Source: Bacillus subtilis subsp. subtilis str. 168 (GTDB taxonomy: Bacteria > Bacillota > Bacilli > Bacillales > Bacillaceae). Taken from it: 64,000 nucleotides of DNA. Below the pieces are notes generated by a model, which was given only the letters and a program-made list of their open reading frames with translations, made no database searches and was not told the origin of the DNA. A program made the position numbers and the translations under genes. Location of the stretch: positions 1,550,001-1,614,000 of the forward strand of contig NC_000964.3 of NCBI RefSeq assembly GCF_000009045.1, written 5' to 3'. Of this stretch, positions 31,597 through 43,703 are shown piece after piece (position 1 is the first letter of the stretch; each line of letters begins with the position of its first letter).

Positions 31597-31950
31597 ATGA
31601 GCAATTTAGCTTACCAACCAGAGAAACAGCAGCGGCATGCGATCAGTCCTGAGAAAAAAGTGATTGTCAAGAAAAGGGCTTCCATTACTCTCGGAGAAAA
31701 AGTGCTTCTTGTCCTCTTTGCTGCGGCGGTGCTCAGCGTATCGCTTTTGATCGTATCGAAGGCGTATGCGGCATATCAAACCAATATTGAGGTGCAAAAG
31801 CTTGAGGAGCAAATTTCATCCGAAAATAAGCAAATTGGTGACCTCGAAAAAAGCGTTGCTGATTTAAGCAAACCGCAGCGCATTATGGACATTGCGAAAA
31901 AGAACGGCTTGAATTTAAAAGATAAAAAAGTGAAAAACATACAGGAATGA
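31597..31950 (+). CDS. ftsL: Cell division protein FtsL
   Basis: Bitopic TM + coiled coil, [13 protein letters not shown]; 117 aa. Confidence 0.96.
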
Positions 31951-34097
31951 TTCAAATGCCAAAAAAGAATAAATTTATGAATAGAGGAGCAGCGATTCTA
32001 AGTATTTGTTTCGCTCTCTTTTTCTTTGTCATCCTGGGGAGAATGGCATATATTCAAATAACCGGAAAAGCGAACGGCGAAGTGCTTGCGACAAAAGCGA
32101 CAGAGCAGCATGAAAAGAAACGGACCATCGAAGCGAGCCGCGGCTCGATTTTAGACCGAAAAGGAAAAGTCATTGCAGAGGACACAGCGACGTATAAACT
32201 GATTGCGATTCTCGATAAAAAAATGACCACTGATGTCAAGCATCCTCAGCATGTTGTAAACAAAGAAAAAACGGCGGAAGCATTGTCTAAAGTGATAAAC
32301 TTGGACAAGGCCGACATCCTTGATATCTTAAATAAAGATGCAAAACAAGTCGAGTTTGGCTCAGCTGGCCGGGATATTACGTATTCACAAAAGCAAAAAA
32401 TCGAAAAAATGAAACTCCCGGGCATTTCATTTTTACGGGATACAAAACGCTACTATCCAAACGGAGTATTTGCATCTAATCTAATCGGCTATGCCGAGGT
32501 TGATGAAGAAACAAATGAAATTTCCGGCGCGATGGGATTAGAAAAAGTGCTGGATAAGTATTTGAAGGAGCGGGACGGATATGTGACATATGAAAGCGAC
32601 AAATCCGGCTGGGAGCTCCCGAACAGCAAAAATAAAATTACAGCGCCAAAAAATGGTGACAATGTATATTTAACCATTGACCAGAAAATTCAAACCTTTT
32701 TGGAAGACAGCATGACAAAAGTGGCGCAAAAGTATAATCCGAAAAAAATCATGGCCGCAGTCGTTGATCCGAAAACGGGCAAAGTCCTTGCCATGGGACA
32801 GCGCCCAAGCTTTGATCCGAACAAGCGCGATGTGACAAACTACTATAATGATTTGATTTCATATGCGTATGAACCCGGGTCCACGATGAAGATCTTTACA
32901 CTCGCTGCTGCGATGCAGGAAAACGTGTTTAATGCGAACGAAAAATATAAATCAGGGACATTTGAAGTTGGCGGAGCACCTGTTAAGGATCACAATAACG
33001 GTGTAGGCTGGGGTCCGACAACATATCATGACGGCGTCCTAAGGTCGTCGAATGTCGCTTTTGCGAAACTGGCGAAAGAAAAGCTGGGATATGACCGCCT
33101 CAATCAATATTTGCACAAATTCAATTTTTACCAGAAAACAGGTATTGATTTGCCAGGAGAAGTCTCCAGCAAAATCAACTTTAAATATGAATTTGATAAG
33201 GCGTCAACTGCATATGGCCAAGCGTCTGCGGTCACACCAATTCAGCAGATTCAGGCCGCAACGGCAATTGCAAATGACGGTAAAATGATGAAACCTTATG
33301 TCATTGACCATATCGTTGACCCTGATAAAGATAAAACTATTTATCAAAATAAGCCGGAATCAGCCGGAACTCCAATTTCTGCAAGTACTGCGAAAAAGGT
33401 GCGGGATATATTAGGAGAAGTCGTTACATCGAAGATCGGAACAGGGCAAGCTTATAAAATCGAAGGTTTTGATGTTGCCGGGAAAACAGGTACTGCGCAA
33501 ATAGCCGGTAAAGGCGGATATTTAGACGGCACAGATAACTATATCTTTTCGTTTATGGGTATGGCGCCAAAAGATGATCCTGAGCTTTTAATTTATGTTG
33601 CTGTACAGCAGCCGCAACTAAAAGCAGGACAAAGCAGTTCAGATCCAGTATCAGAAATCTTCAATCCAACAATGAAAAATAGCCTGCACTACCTAAACAT
33701 CGAACCAACTGAAAAATCTGACTCAGATAAGGAAGAAACAAAAGCGCAGACAATGCCTGATTTAACAGATCAAACGGTAGCTGCTGCTCAAAAGAAAGCA
33801 AAAGAGGAGAATCTCACACCAATTGTCATCGGCAGTGATGTCGCTGTAAAAGAACAGTATCCGAAAGCGGATGAGGAAGTTCTCACCAATCAAAAGGTCT
33901 TCCTGAAAACGGGCGGCAAAATCAAAATGCCTGATATGACAGGCTGGTCGAGAAGAGAGGTTCTGCAGTACGGCGAGCTCGCGGGAATTCATATTGAAGT
34001 AAGCGGACAAGGCTACGCTGTCAGCCAAAGTGTTAAGAAAGACAAAGAAATCAAAGACAAAACCGTAATCAAGGTTAAGTTTAAAAATCCTGATTAA
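31947..34097 (+). CDS. pbpB: Penicillin-binding protein 2B
   Basis: Motifs EPGSTMK, SSN and KTG; C-terminal PASTA domains. Confidence 0.98.
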
Positions 34098-34132
34098 AAA
34101 GAAAGCCGTCGTTATGCAGGCTTTCTTTTTTT
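34096..34132 (+). terminator. Terminator of the mraZ-pbpB unit
   Basis: AAAAAGAAAGCC/GGCTTTCTTTTT. Confidence 0.85.
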
Positions 34133-34213
34133 ATGCCTTCAGAGGAGCATCGTTCTACCTGTCCAAATTCAGGCATAAAATGAAACAAGCCTAAATAAGG
34201 AGTGAACGGTCTC

Positions 34214-36154
34214 TTGCGCGTCTCGAATGTAACGGTTAGAAAACGTTTATTATTTGTTTTGCTTTTTGGCGTGATCGTGTTTCTGATCATTGATACAAGG
34301 CTGGGGTATGTTCAGTTTGTGATGGGCGAAAAACTGACTTCGCTAGCGAAAGATTCCTGGAGCCGGAACTTGCCGTTTGAGCCGGAGAGAGGCGAGATTC
34401 TGGATCGGAATGGTGTGAAGCTCGCAACAAATAAAAGTGCGCCGACCGTATTCGTCGTGCCGCGCCAAGTTCAGAATCCGATGAAAACGAGCAAGCAGCT
34501 TGCGGCGGTGCTCAATATGTCAGAAGAAAAAGTATATAAACATGTGACAAAAAAAGCGTCAATCGAAAAGATCACTCCTGAAGGGAGAAAAATTTCAAAT
34601 GAGAAGGCGAAAGAAATCAAAGCGCTTGATTTAAAAGGTGTGTATGTTGCGGAGGACAGTATCCGTCATTACCCGTTCGGCAGCTTTTTATCTCATGTGC
34701 TTGGATTTGCAGGAATTGACAACCAAGGGCTCCTTGGACTTGAAGCCTATTACGACGATGATTTAAAAGGGGAAAAAGGTTCTGTTAAGTTTTATACAGA
34801 TGCCAAGGGGAAGAAGATGCCTGATGAAGCGGATGACTATACGCCGCCTAAGGATGGGCTTGATATGAAGCTGACAGTTGATTCAAAGGTTCAGACGATA
34901 ATGGAAAGAGAGCTTGATAACGCTGAGGCCAAATATCATCCGGACGGCATGATTGCCGTAGCCATGAATCCGAAAAACGGAGAAATTTTGGGGATGTCTA
35001 GCAGGCCTGACTTCGACCCTGCTGATTACCAATCTGTTGATCCGTCCGTCTACAATCGAAATCTGCCAGTATGGAGCACGTATGAACCGGGATCTACCTT
35101 TAAAATTATTACACTTGCAGCAGCCCTTGAAGAGCAAAAAGTAAATTTGAAACGGGATCAATTTTATGATAAAGGGCATGCTGAAGTGGACGGAGCGAGA
35201 CTGCGGTGCTGGAAAAGAGGCGGGCACGGGCTGCAGACGTATCTGGAAGTTGTGCAGAACTCCTGCAACCCGGGGTTTGTTGAATTAGGCGAGCGCTTAG
35301 GAAAGGAAAAGCTTTTCAAATATATCAAAGACTTTGGTTTTGGACAAAAAACGGGGATTGATCTCCAAGGCGAGGGAACAGGCATCTTATTCCCGCTTGA
35401 GAGAGTGGGCCCGGTGGAGCAAGCAACTACGGCTTTCGGACAGGGAGTATCCGTCACGCCGATTCAGCAGGTTGCAGCAGTATCCGCCGCTGTAAACGGA
35501 GGAACGCTCTATACACCTTATATTGCAAAGGAATGGATCGATCCTGTTACGAAGAAAACGGTCAAAAAACAATCACCAATCGCAAAGAAACAAGTCATTT
35601 CTGAGGAAACATCCAAACAAATCCGCTATGCTCTAGAAAGCGTCGTCGCAGAAGGAACCGGCCGCAATGCATTTGTAGAAGGATATCGTGTCGGAGGAAA
35701 AACGGGAACTGCACAAAAGGTTAAAGATGGAAAATATCTTGAAAACAACCATATTGTATCATTTATCGGTTTCGCGCCAGCAGATGATCCGAGTCTAGTC
35801 GTCTACGTTGCGGTGGATAACCCGAAAGGCACGATTCAGTTTGGCGGAACGGTGGCAGCGCCTATTGTCGGAAATATTATGAGAGACAGTCTGCCGGAAC
35901 TTGGTGTGAAGCCCCGGAAAAATCAAATCGAGAAAAAATACCAATGGAACGACACAAAAACAATAGAAGTTCCGAATGTTGTAGGGATGTCTGTCTCAGA
36001 TCTTGAGTCACTATTGGTGAATCTCAATGTGGATGCTTCCGGGAAAGGGAGCAAAATCGTTAAACAATCGCCAGCTGCCGGAACGAAAGTAAAAGAAGGC
36101 TCAAAGATACGCGTGTATTTGACTGAAGAAGATGAAAAGGAGGCAGCCGATTGA
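34214..36154 (+). CDS. spoVD: Spore cortex class B PBP
   Basis: EPGSTFK, SCN and KTG motifs, one PASTA domain; TTG start; SigE-like -10 CATAAAAT at 34174. Confidence 0.97.
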   Translation: MRVSNVTVRKRLLFVLLFGVIVFLIIDTRLGYVQFVMGEKLTSLAKDSWSRNLPFEPERGEILDRNGVKLATNKSAPTVFVVPRQVQNPMKTSKQLAAVLNMSEEKVYKHVTKKASIEKITPEGRKISNEKAKEIKALDLKGVYVAEDSIRHYPFGSFLSHVLGFAGIDNQGLLGLEAYYDDDLKGEKGSVKFYTDAKGKKMPDEADDYTPPKDGLDMKLTVDSKVQTIMERELDNAEAKYHPDGMIAVAMNPKNGEILGMSSRPDFDPADYQSVDPSVYNRNLPVWSTYEPGSTFKIITLAAALEEQKVNLKRDQFYDKGHAEVDGARLRCWKRGGHGLQTYLEVVQNSCNPGFVELGERLGKEKLFKYIKDFGFGQKTGIDLQGEGTGILFPLERVGPVEQATTAFGQGVSVTPIQQVAAVSAAVNGGTLYTPYIAKEWIDPVTKKTVKKQSPIAKKQVISEETSKQIRYALESVVAEGTGRNAFVEGYRVGGKTGTAQKVKDGKYLENNHIVSFIGFAPADDPSLVVYVAVDNPKGTIQFGGTVAAPIVGNIMRDSLPELGVKPRKNQIEKKYQWNDTKTIEVPNVVGMSVSDLESLLVNLNVDASGKGSKIVKQSPAAGTKVKEGSKIRVYLTEEDEKEAAD

Positions 36155-36174
36155 TTCGGGCTGCCTATTCTTTT
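36141..36174 (+). terminator. Terminator candidate after spoVD
   Basis: AGGCAGCC/GGCTGCCT followed by ATTCTTTT. Confidence 0.65.
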
Positions 36175-36329
36175 ATTGCAGAAAAAATGCTGATATCTTT
36201 CAAGATTAGCTGGATGTATCCTTTTATTTACGCTAAAATATGAACTGTATGCTTAAAATCATTACCACATCATTTGATGTGACTTCAATGATAAAAAGAA
36301 CGAATTAGAATGTTGAGAGGTTTGATACG

Positions 36330-37814
36330 ATGAAACTTACAAAGCTGCTTACATACTTAACAACCGAACCTTCTGTAAACGACTCACAAGACCCTGAAAT
36401 AACTTCAATTGAGATGGACTCCAGGGAAGTAAAGAAAGGGAGTCTTTTTGTATGTGTAAAAGGGTATACGGTGGATGGCCACGATTTTGCGCAAAAAGCA
36501 GTAGAAAACGGTGCAGCGGCTATTGTGGCAGAAAGAGAGGTCGATGTGAATGTTCCTGTTATTATTGTCCGGCAGTCACTTCGCGCGCTCAGCGTTTTGT
36601 CTGATGCGTTTTACGGACAGCCGACGAAGAAGCTTCAGCTGATTGGGATAACAGGGACAAACGGCAAAACATCAACGACCCACATGGTCGATGAGATTCT
36701 GAAAAAAGCGGGAAAACGCACAGGCTTGATCGGTACAATGTACATGAAAATCGGAGACGAAACACTTCCTGTTAAAAACACGACTCCGGAAAGCGTCACG
36801 CTGCAGAAAACGTTTAAGAAAATGAATGACAAGCACGTTGACACTGCAATCATGGAGGTTTCTTCCCACGCTTTGTCTTTAGGACGCGTCCATGGCTGTG
36901 ATTATGATATTGCCGTGTTTACGAATTTAACACAGGACCATCTGGACTATCATAAAACGATGGATGAGTACCGGCATGCAAAAAGCTTGCTCTTTTCCCA
37001 ACTTGGCGGGGCTTTCAACCATGAACATCCAAAGCGTGCCGTCCTGAATGCTGACGATGAGGCGAGCGCTTATTTTGAAAAGGTAACAGCTGCGCATATC
37101 TCTACATACGGAATTAAAAACGATGCTGATGTGATGGCGAAGAACATCAGTATCACTGCACAGGGCACAAGCTTTGATCTCGTGACAAACAAAGGCACGA
37201 AGCACATCACGATGTCTCTCGTCGGACAATTTAATGTGTATAACGTGCTGGCCGCTGTTGCGACATGTATTGCAGCAGGCATACCGTTTGAAATCATCAC
37301 TGAGGCTGTTGAAGAATTGCATGGTGTAAGAGGCCGTTTTGAATTGGTCAATCAGCAGCAGGAGTTTCCTGTCATTGTAGACTACGCGCACACACCGGAC
37401 AGCCTTGAAAATGTGCTGGAGACATGCAGAGACATGACGGAAGGAAAGCTATTTGTCGTTGTCGGCTGCGGAGGAGACAGAGATAAGACGAAGCGCCCGA
37501 AAATGGCTAAAATTGCTGTGGAGCTGGCTGACGAGCCGATTTTCACGTCAGATAACCCGAGAAGCGAAGATCCTCGCGCGATTTTAAGAGATATGGAAGC
37601 CGGAGTAGAGAACGCATACTATCACAGTATTGCAAACCGCGAGCAGGCGATCTTTTTCGCAATTGCCAATGCCAAAAAAGGCGACGTTGTCCTCATTGCC
37701 GGAAAAGGACATGAAACCTATCAGCAGATCGGAAATGAAACTTTCGATTTTGATGATGCTGAAGTAGCGGCGAGAGCCATTGTTGAACTCAATAAGAATA
37801 AGACGAATTCATAG
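36330..37814 (+). CDS. murE: UDP-MurNAc-Ala-Glu:meso-DAP ligase
   Basis: [22 protein letters not shown] and DAP-specificity motif DNPR. Confidence 0.98.
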
Positions 37815-37925
37815 GAAAGAGATGTTACTGAATAATGGAGCTTGAAAAGATTTTTCATATGGAAAAAAATCATGAATATGATAACTACGTATGTCGTTTG
37901 AAAGAAACAGGAGGAGAAAAGGACA

Positions 37926-38900
37926 ATGCTTGAGCAAGTCATTCTGTTTACAATTTTAATGGGGTTTTTAATTAGTGTTCTGCTCTCTCCGATTCTTATT
38001 CCGTTTTTAAGAAGATTAAAATTCGGCCAGAGTATTAGAGAAGAAGGACCGAAATCACATCAGAAAAAATCAGGGACACCGACAATGGGCGGGGTCATGA
38101 TCATACTTTCTATCATAGTGACAACAATTGTTATGACACAGAAGTTTTCAGAAATAAGCCCCGAAATGGTGCTGCTTCTGTTTGTTACGCTAGGCTACGG
38201 TTTGCTTGGCTTTTTAGATGATTACATCAAGGTTGTCATGAAGCGCAATCTTGGATTGACATCAAAGCAAAAGCTGATCGGACAAATTATTATTGCGGTT
38301 GTATTTTACGCCGTGTATCATTACTACAATTTTGCGACGGATATTCGCATTCCTGGAACTGACTTATCATTTGATCTTGGCTGGGCTTACTTTATCCTTG
38401 TGCTCTTTATGCTAGTCGGCGGATCAAACGCAGTTAACCTGACTGACGGCCTTGACGGGTTATTATCCGGTACTGCGGCGATTGCCTTTGGCGCCTTTGC
38501 CATTCTGGCATGGAATCAGTCTCAATATGACGTAGCGATTTTCTCAGTTGCCGTTGTCGGTGCAGTTCTGGGCTTCCTTGTATTTAATGCTCATCCGGCC
38601 AAAGTTTTTATGGGAGATACGGGATCGCTTGCATTGGGAGGAGCCATCGTTACCATTGCCATTTTAACGAAATTAGAGATCCTGCTGGTTATCATCGGCG
38701 GTGTATTCGTTATCGAGACATTATCCGTTATTTTGCAGGTCATCAGCTTTAAAACGACAGGTAAACGAATCTTTAAAATGAGTCCGCTTCATCACCATTA
38801 TGAGCTTGTCGGCTGGTCTGAATGGAGAGTAGTCGTGACGTTTTGGGCTGCGGGACTTTTGCTTGCCGTTTTAGGAATTTACATCGAGGTGTGGTTATAA
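37926..38900 (+). CDS. mraY: Phospho-N-acetylmuramoyl-pentapeptide transferase
   Basis: [26 protein letters not shown] and PLHHH motifs. Confidence 0.98.
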
Positions 38901-40256
38901 GTGGAAAATGATCAATTTTTACAGAAACAGCATTTTTTAATCCTTGGGCTTGCGAAAAGCGGATATGCGGCGGCCTCCATTCTTCATGAAAAAGGCATTT
39001 ATGTTGCAGTCAATGATCAAAAGCCTTTTGAAGAAAATGAACCGGCACAAAAGCTTTCTGAAAAAGGAATCGAAGTTGTTTGCGGAGAGCATCCAGTTTC
39101 TCTGTTCGATCAGCATCAAATCACGATTCTGATCAAAAACCCGGGAATTCCTTATGAAAATATCATGGTTCAGGAAGCAGAGAAACGAGGTATTCCGGTT
39201 TGGACGGAAATTGAGCTCGCTTACTACCTGACCAGCGCCAAGTTTATCGGGATTACCGGATCGAACGGTAAAACGACCACGACAACGCTAATTTACGAAA
39301 TGCTCAAGGCTGACTCGCAAAAAGCACTGATTGCCGGAAACATCGGCACAGTCGCAAGTGAGGTTGCCTATCATGCTGATGGAGATGAATGGATCGTTAC
39401 CGAACTGTCTTCGTTTCAGCTGATGGGAACACACGCTTTCAGACCGGAAATCAGCCTGATTTTAAATGTATTTGACGCCCATCTGGATTATCACCATACG
39501 CGCGAAAACTATGAAAAAGCGAAACAGAAAGTGTACCTTCATCAGACTGCTTCAGATAAAGCTATTGTCAACCAGGATGATGAAACCGTCGTGCGTCTTG
39601 CTGAAGCCGGAAAAGCCGAAATCGTCCCATTTTCAGTCAGCAAAACGCTTGAACAGGGCGCATATGTAAAAGACAGTATGATTATGTTTAACGGCGAAGC
39701 CATTCTTCCTCTGGAAGAGGTTGTACTGCCCGGTGCTCATAACCTGGAGAACATTTTAGCAGCTATTGCAGTTGTGAAAACGGCAGGAGCATCCAATGAG
39801 GCGGTTAAAAAGGTGCTGACAAGCTTTACTGGTGTGAAGCACCGCCTCCAATATGTCACAACTGTGAATGGCCGCAAATTTTATAACGACAGTAAAGCAA
39901 CAAACATTCTGGCGACAAGCAAGGCGCTTTCAGCTTTTGATAAGCCGGTCATTCTGCTTGCGGGCGGACTGGATCGCGGAAATGGTTTTGATGACTTGAA
40001 ACCTTATATGAAGCATGTCAAAGCAGTGCTTACATTTGGCCAGACGGCGCCAAAACTCGAGAAACTCGGCAATGAACTGGGAATACAACATGTCAAACGT
40101 GTCGATAATGTTGAACAAGCAGTATCTGCGGCGTTTGCGCTCTCAAATGAAGGAGATGTCATCCTGCTGTCACCCGCGTGTGCGAGCTGGGATCAATTCA
40201 AAACATTTGAAGAACGCGGTGACATGTTTATAGATGCCGTGCATATGCTTAAGTAA
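38901..40256 (+). CDS. murD: UDP-MurNAc-L-Ala:D-Glu ligase
   Basis: [24 protein letters not shown] and [10 protein letters not shown] motifs; GTG start. Confidence 0.98.
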
Positions 40257-40316
40257 GGGCTTGTCTTGAAGTAAATCGGCAGCCCTAATGACTTTAAGCT
40301 TGGGGTGTCGATTGCT

Positions 40317-41417
40317 TTGACTACTAAAAAAACATCGCCTGATTTGTTATTGGTCATCATTACGTTATTATTATTAACAATCGGATTAATTATGGTGTAC
40401 AGTGCGAGTGCGGTATGGGCGGATTATAAATTTGACGACTCATTCTTTTTCGCGAAACGGCAGCTTTTGTTTGCGGGAATCGGCGTCATTGCTATGTTTT
40501 TTATCATGAATGTTGATTATTGGACTTGGAGGACATGGTCCAAATTGCTGATGGTTATCTGCTTTTTCCTTCTGGTGCTTGTTTTGATACCGGGCGTCGG
40601 AATGGTGCGGAACGGTTCAAGAAGCTGGATCGGAGTCGGAGCATTCAGCATACAGCCTTCAGAGTTTATGAAGCTTGCGATGATTGCATTCCTTGCTAAA
40701 TTTCTCTCTGAAAAACAAAAAAACATCACATCGTTCAGACGGGGGTTCGTCCCTGCACTTGGCATCGTGTTTTCAGCATTTTTGATTATCATGTGCCAGC
40801 CTGACCTCGGAACGGGGACAGTTATGGTCGGAACTTGTATTGTCATGATTTTTGTAGCCGGCGCACGGATCGCCCATTTCGTCTTTCTCGGGCTGATCGG
40901 CCTCAGCGGATTTGTCGGGCTCGTACTATCGGCTCCATATCGGATAAAGCGGATTACCTCATACTTAAATCCATGGGAAGACCCGCTCGGAAGCGGATTT
41001 CAGATCATTCAATCGCTTTATGCAGTGGGGCCCGGCGGGTTGTTCGGAATGGGGCTCGGACAAAGCAGACAGAAGTTCTTTTATCTGCCTGAGCCGCAAA
41101 CAGACTTTATTTTCGCCATCTTGTCAGAGGAGCTGGGCTTTATCGGGGGAACACTTATTTTGCTCCTCTTCAGCGTCCTGCTGTGGAGAGGAATCAGAAT
41201 TGCGCTTGGTGCGCCTGATCTGTACGGAAGCTTTGTCGCAGTCGGCATTATTTCAATGATTGCCATTCAAGTCATGATAAATATCGGCGTAGTCACGGGC
41301 CTGATTCCTGTAACAGGCATCACGCTCCCGTTTCTGAGCTACGGAGGCTCTTCATTGACTCTAATGCTGATGGCAGTTGGTGTGCTGCTGAATGTAAGCC
41401 GCTACTCGAGGTATTAA
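40317..41417 (+). CDS. spoVE: SEDS cortex polymerase SpoVE
   Basis: IQPSEFMK, YLPEPQTDFIF and PFLSYGGSS; TTG start; 366 aa. Confidence 0.97.
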   Translation: MTTKKTSPDLLLVIITLLLLTIGLIMVYSASAVWADYKFDDSFFFAKRQLLFAGIGVIAMFFIMNVDYWTWRTWSKLLMVICFFLLVLVLIPGVGMVRNGSRSWIGVGAFSIQPSEFMKLAMIAFLAKFLSEKQKNITSFRRGFVPALGIVFSAFLIIMCQPDLGTGTVMVGTCIVMIFVAGARIAHFVFLGLIGLSGFVGLVLSAPYRIKRITSYLNPWEDPLGSGFQIIQSLYAVGPGGLFGMGLGQSRQKFFYLPEPQTDFIFAILSEELGFIGGTLILLLFSVLLWRGIRIALGAPDLYGSFVAVGIISMIAIQVMINIGVVTGLIPVTGITLPFLSYGGSSLTLMLMAVGVLLNVSRYSRY

Positions 41418-41469
41418 CGAATGTATTTCCAAGCCTCCTGTCTAACATGAAGCTTGGAAACAATTGATG

Positions 41470-41507
41470 CGATAACCCTGTCCAACAAAACAGGGTTATC
41501 GTTATGT
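41470..41507 (+). terminator. 12-bp hairpin between spoVE and murG
   Basis: CGATAACCCTGT/ACAGGGTTATCG with weak T-tract (TTATGTT). Confidence 0.6.
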
Positions 41508-41539
41508 TATAGAGAAACTTAGACTGGGGGAAAAAAGAA

Positions 41540-42631
41540 ATGCGAATTGCAATAAGCGGAGGCGGTACAGGGGGACATATTTATCCTGCTCTTGCTTTTA
41601 TTAAAGAAGTGCAAAGACGTCATCCTAATGTGGAATTTTTATATATCGGAACAGAAAACGGGCTGGAGAAAAAAATTGTTGAGCGGGAGAATATACCGTT
41701 TCGTTCAATTGAAATTACAGGATTTAAAAGAAAATTGTCATTTGAAAATGTCAAGACTGTGATGCGTTTTCTGAAGGGCGTCAAAAAGAGTAAATCGTAT
41801 TTAGCGGAATTTAAGCCCGATGCCGTAATTGGAACGGGCGGTTATGTATGTGGGCCGGTTGTCTATGCCGCTGCGAAAATGGGAATTCCGACTATTGTCC
41901 ACGAACAAAACAGCCTGCCGGGCATCACGAATAAGTTTCTTTCAAAATATGTTAATAAAGTAGCGATTTGTTTTGAAGAAGCGAAATCACATTTTCCTAG
42001 CGAGAAAGTTGTATTTACGGGAAACCCGAGAGCCTCTGAAGTCGTCTCAATAAAGACGGGACGATCATTGGCTGAATTTGGGCTTTCTGAAGACAAAAAA
42101 ACGGTCTTAATTTTCGGCGGAAGCCGAGGCGCTGCACCGATTAACCGCGCTGTCATTGACATGCAGGATGTGCTGAAAACAAGAGACTATCAAGTGCTGT
42201 ATATCACCGGTGAAGTTCACTATGAAAAAGTAATGAATGAGCTGAAAAGCAAGGGTGCCGCTGATAATATGGTCACAAAGCCGTTTCTTCATCAAATGCC
42301 TGAGTATTTAAAGGCCATTGATGTCATTGTGGCCAGAGCCGGTGCGACAACGATTGCCGAAATTACTGCTCTCGGAATCCCAAGTGTTCTGATCCCAAGT
42401 CCATATGTGACAGCGAATCACCAGGAGGTCAATGCGAGGTCTCTTGGCCAGCATGATGCGGCGATTGTACTGAAAGAAACAGAGCTCAGCGGGGAGAAGC
42501 TGATTGAAGCGCTAGACCGGATTGTACTGAATGAGCAAACGTTAAAGGAAATGAGCGAACGAACAAAGTCACTCGGTGTTCCTGACGCGGCTGCCCGTTT
42601 ATACAGCGTACTCGAGGAATTAAAAAAATAG
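41540..42631 (+). CDS. murG: Lipid I GlcNAc transferase
   Basis: [23 protein letters not shown] and HQEVNA motifs. Confidence 0.98.
   Translation: MRIAISGGGTGGHIYPALAFIKEVQRRHPNVEFLYIGTENGLEKKIVERENIPFRSIEITGFKRKLSFENVKTVMRFLKGVKKSKSYLAEFKPDAVIGTGGYVCGPVVYAAAKMGIPTIVHEQNSLPGITNKFLSKYVNKVAICFEEAKSHFPSEKVVFTGNPRASEVVSIKTGRSLAEFGLSEDKKTVLIFGGSRGAAPINRAVIDMQDVLKTRDYQVLYITGEVHYEKVMNELKSKGAADNMVTKPFLHQMPEYLKAIDVIVARAGATTIAEITALGIPSVLIPSPYVTANHQEVNARSLGQHDAAIVLKETELSGEKLIEALDRIVLNEQTLKEMSERTKSLGVPDAAARLYSVLEELKK
42020..42046 (+). promoter_or_regulatory. SigM-type promoter inside murG
   Basis: GGAAAC-17-CGTC versus SigM consensus TGAAAC-N17-CGTC; consistent with known SigM control of murB-divIB-ylxW-ylxX-sbp. 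Confidence 0.7.
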
Positions 42632-42662
42632 TAGAAAAGCAAATGGAATGCGGAGGTTTACG

Positions 42663-43574
42663 ATGGAGAAAGTGATACAGGAATTAAAAGAACGAGAAGT
42701 CGGCAAGGTTCTTGCAAATGAACCGCTCGCGAATCATACAACGATGAAAATCGGCGGACCTGCGGATGTATTGGTCATTCCAAGCAGTGTGGATGCTGTT
42801 AAAGACATCATGGACGTGATTAAAAAATATGATGTGAAGTGGACAGTCATCGGCCGCGGATCAAATCTTCTTGTTTTAGATGAAGGAATTAGAGGCGTAG
42901 TGATCAAGCTGGGGGCGGGTCTTGACCATTTGGAGCTTGAAGGGGAACAAGTAACAGTCGGAGGCGGTTATTCGGTGGTCCGCCTTGCTACATCATTGAG
43001 CAAAAAAGGCCTGTCCGGTTTGGAATTTGCTGCCGGCATTCCAGGATCAGTCGGCGGAGCGGTTTATATGAATGCCGGCGCTCACGGTTCTGATATGAGC
43101 GAGATCCTCGTCAAAGCGCATATTTTATTTGAAGACGGAACGATTGAGTGGCTGACAAATGAGCAGATGGATTTCAGCTACAGGACATCTGTACTGCAAA
43201 AGAAACGCCCGGGCGTTTGCCTTGAAGCTGTTTTGCAGCTTGAGCAGAAGGATAAGGAATCAATCGTTCAGCAAATGCAAAGCAATAAAGACTATAGAAA
43301 AAATACACAGCCGTATTCAAGCCCTTGTGCGGGAAGCATATTCAGAAATCCGCTTCCGAATCATGCCGGGAACCTTGTAGAAAAAGCAGGCTTGAAAGGA
43401 TATCAAATCGGCGGTGCAAAGATATCGGAGATGCACGGAAACTTCATCGTCAATGCGGGGGGAGCATCAGCAAAAGATGTGCTTGATCTCATTGACCATG
43501 TGAAAAAGACAATCCGTGAAAAATACGAGATTGATATGCACACAGAGGTTGAAATCATCGGCGGAAATCGCTGA
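42663..43574 (+). CDS. murB: UDP-N-acetylenolpyruvoylglucosamine reductase
   Basis: [30 protein letters not shown] and HGNFIVN motifs; 303 aa. Confidence 0.98.
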   Translation: MEKVIQELKEREVGKVLANEPLANHTTMKIGGPADVLVIPSSVDAVKDIMDVIKKYDVKWTVIGRGSNLLVLDEGIRGVVIKLGAGLDHLELEGEQVTVGGGYSVVRLATSLSKKGLSGLEFAAGIPGSVGGAVYMNAGAHGSDMSEILVKAHILFEDGTIEWLTNEQMDFSYRTSVLQKKRPGVCLEAVLQLEQKDKESIVQQMQSNKDYRKNTQPYSSPCAGSIFRNPLPNHAGNLVEKAGLKGYQIGGAKISEMHGNFIVNAGGASAKDVLDLIDHVKKTIREKYEIDMHTEVEIIGGNR

Positions 43575-43703
43575 TTCAAGTTCTGACTGAAGCTGTTCAT
43601 ATGATATACTGTAAGCAAACGACAAACGGCATCATAGTATGCCGTTTGTTTTGGAATAGACAGACTTTTAACAGCTGTTTCATTTGAATGAGGTGAACAG
43701 GCA

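Noticed and set aside
31947-41417. pbpB/spoVD tandem paralogs and spoVE occupying the ftsW slot while ftsW lies about 28 kb upstream of pbpB
   Set aside because: Real but long-established feature of endospore-former dcw clusters, not novel.
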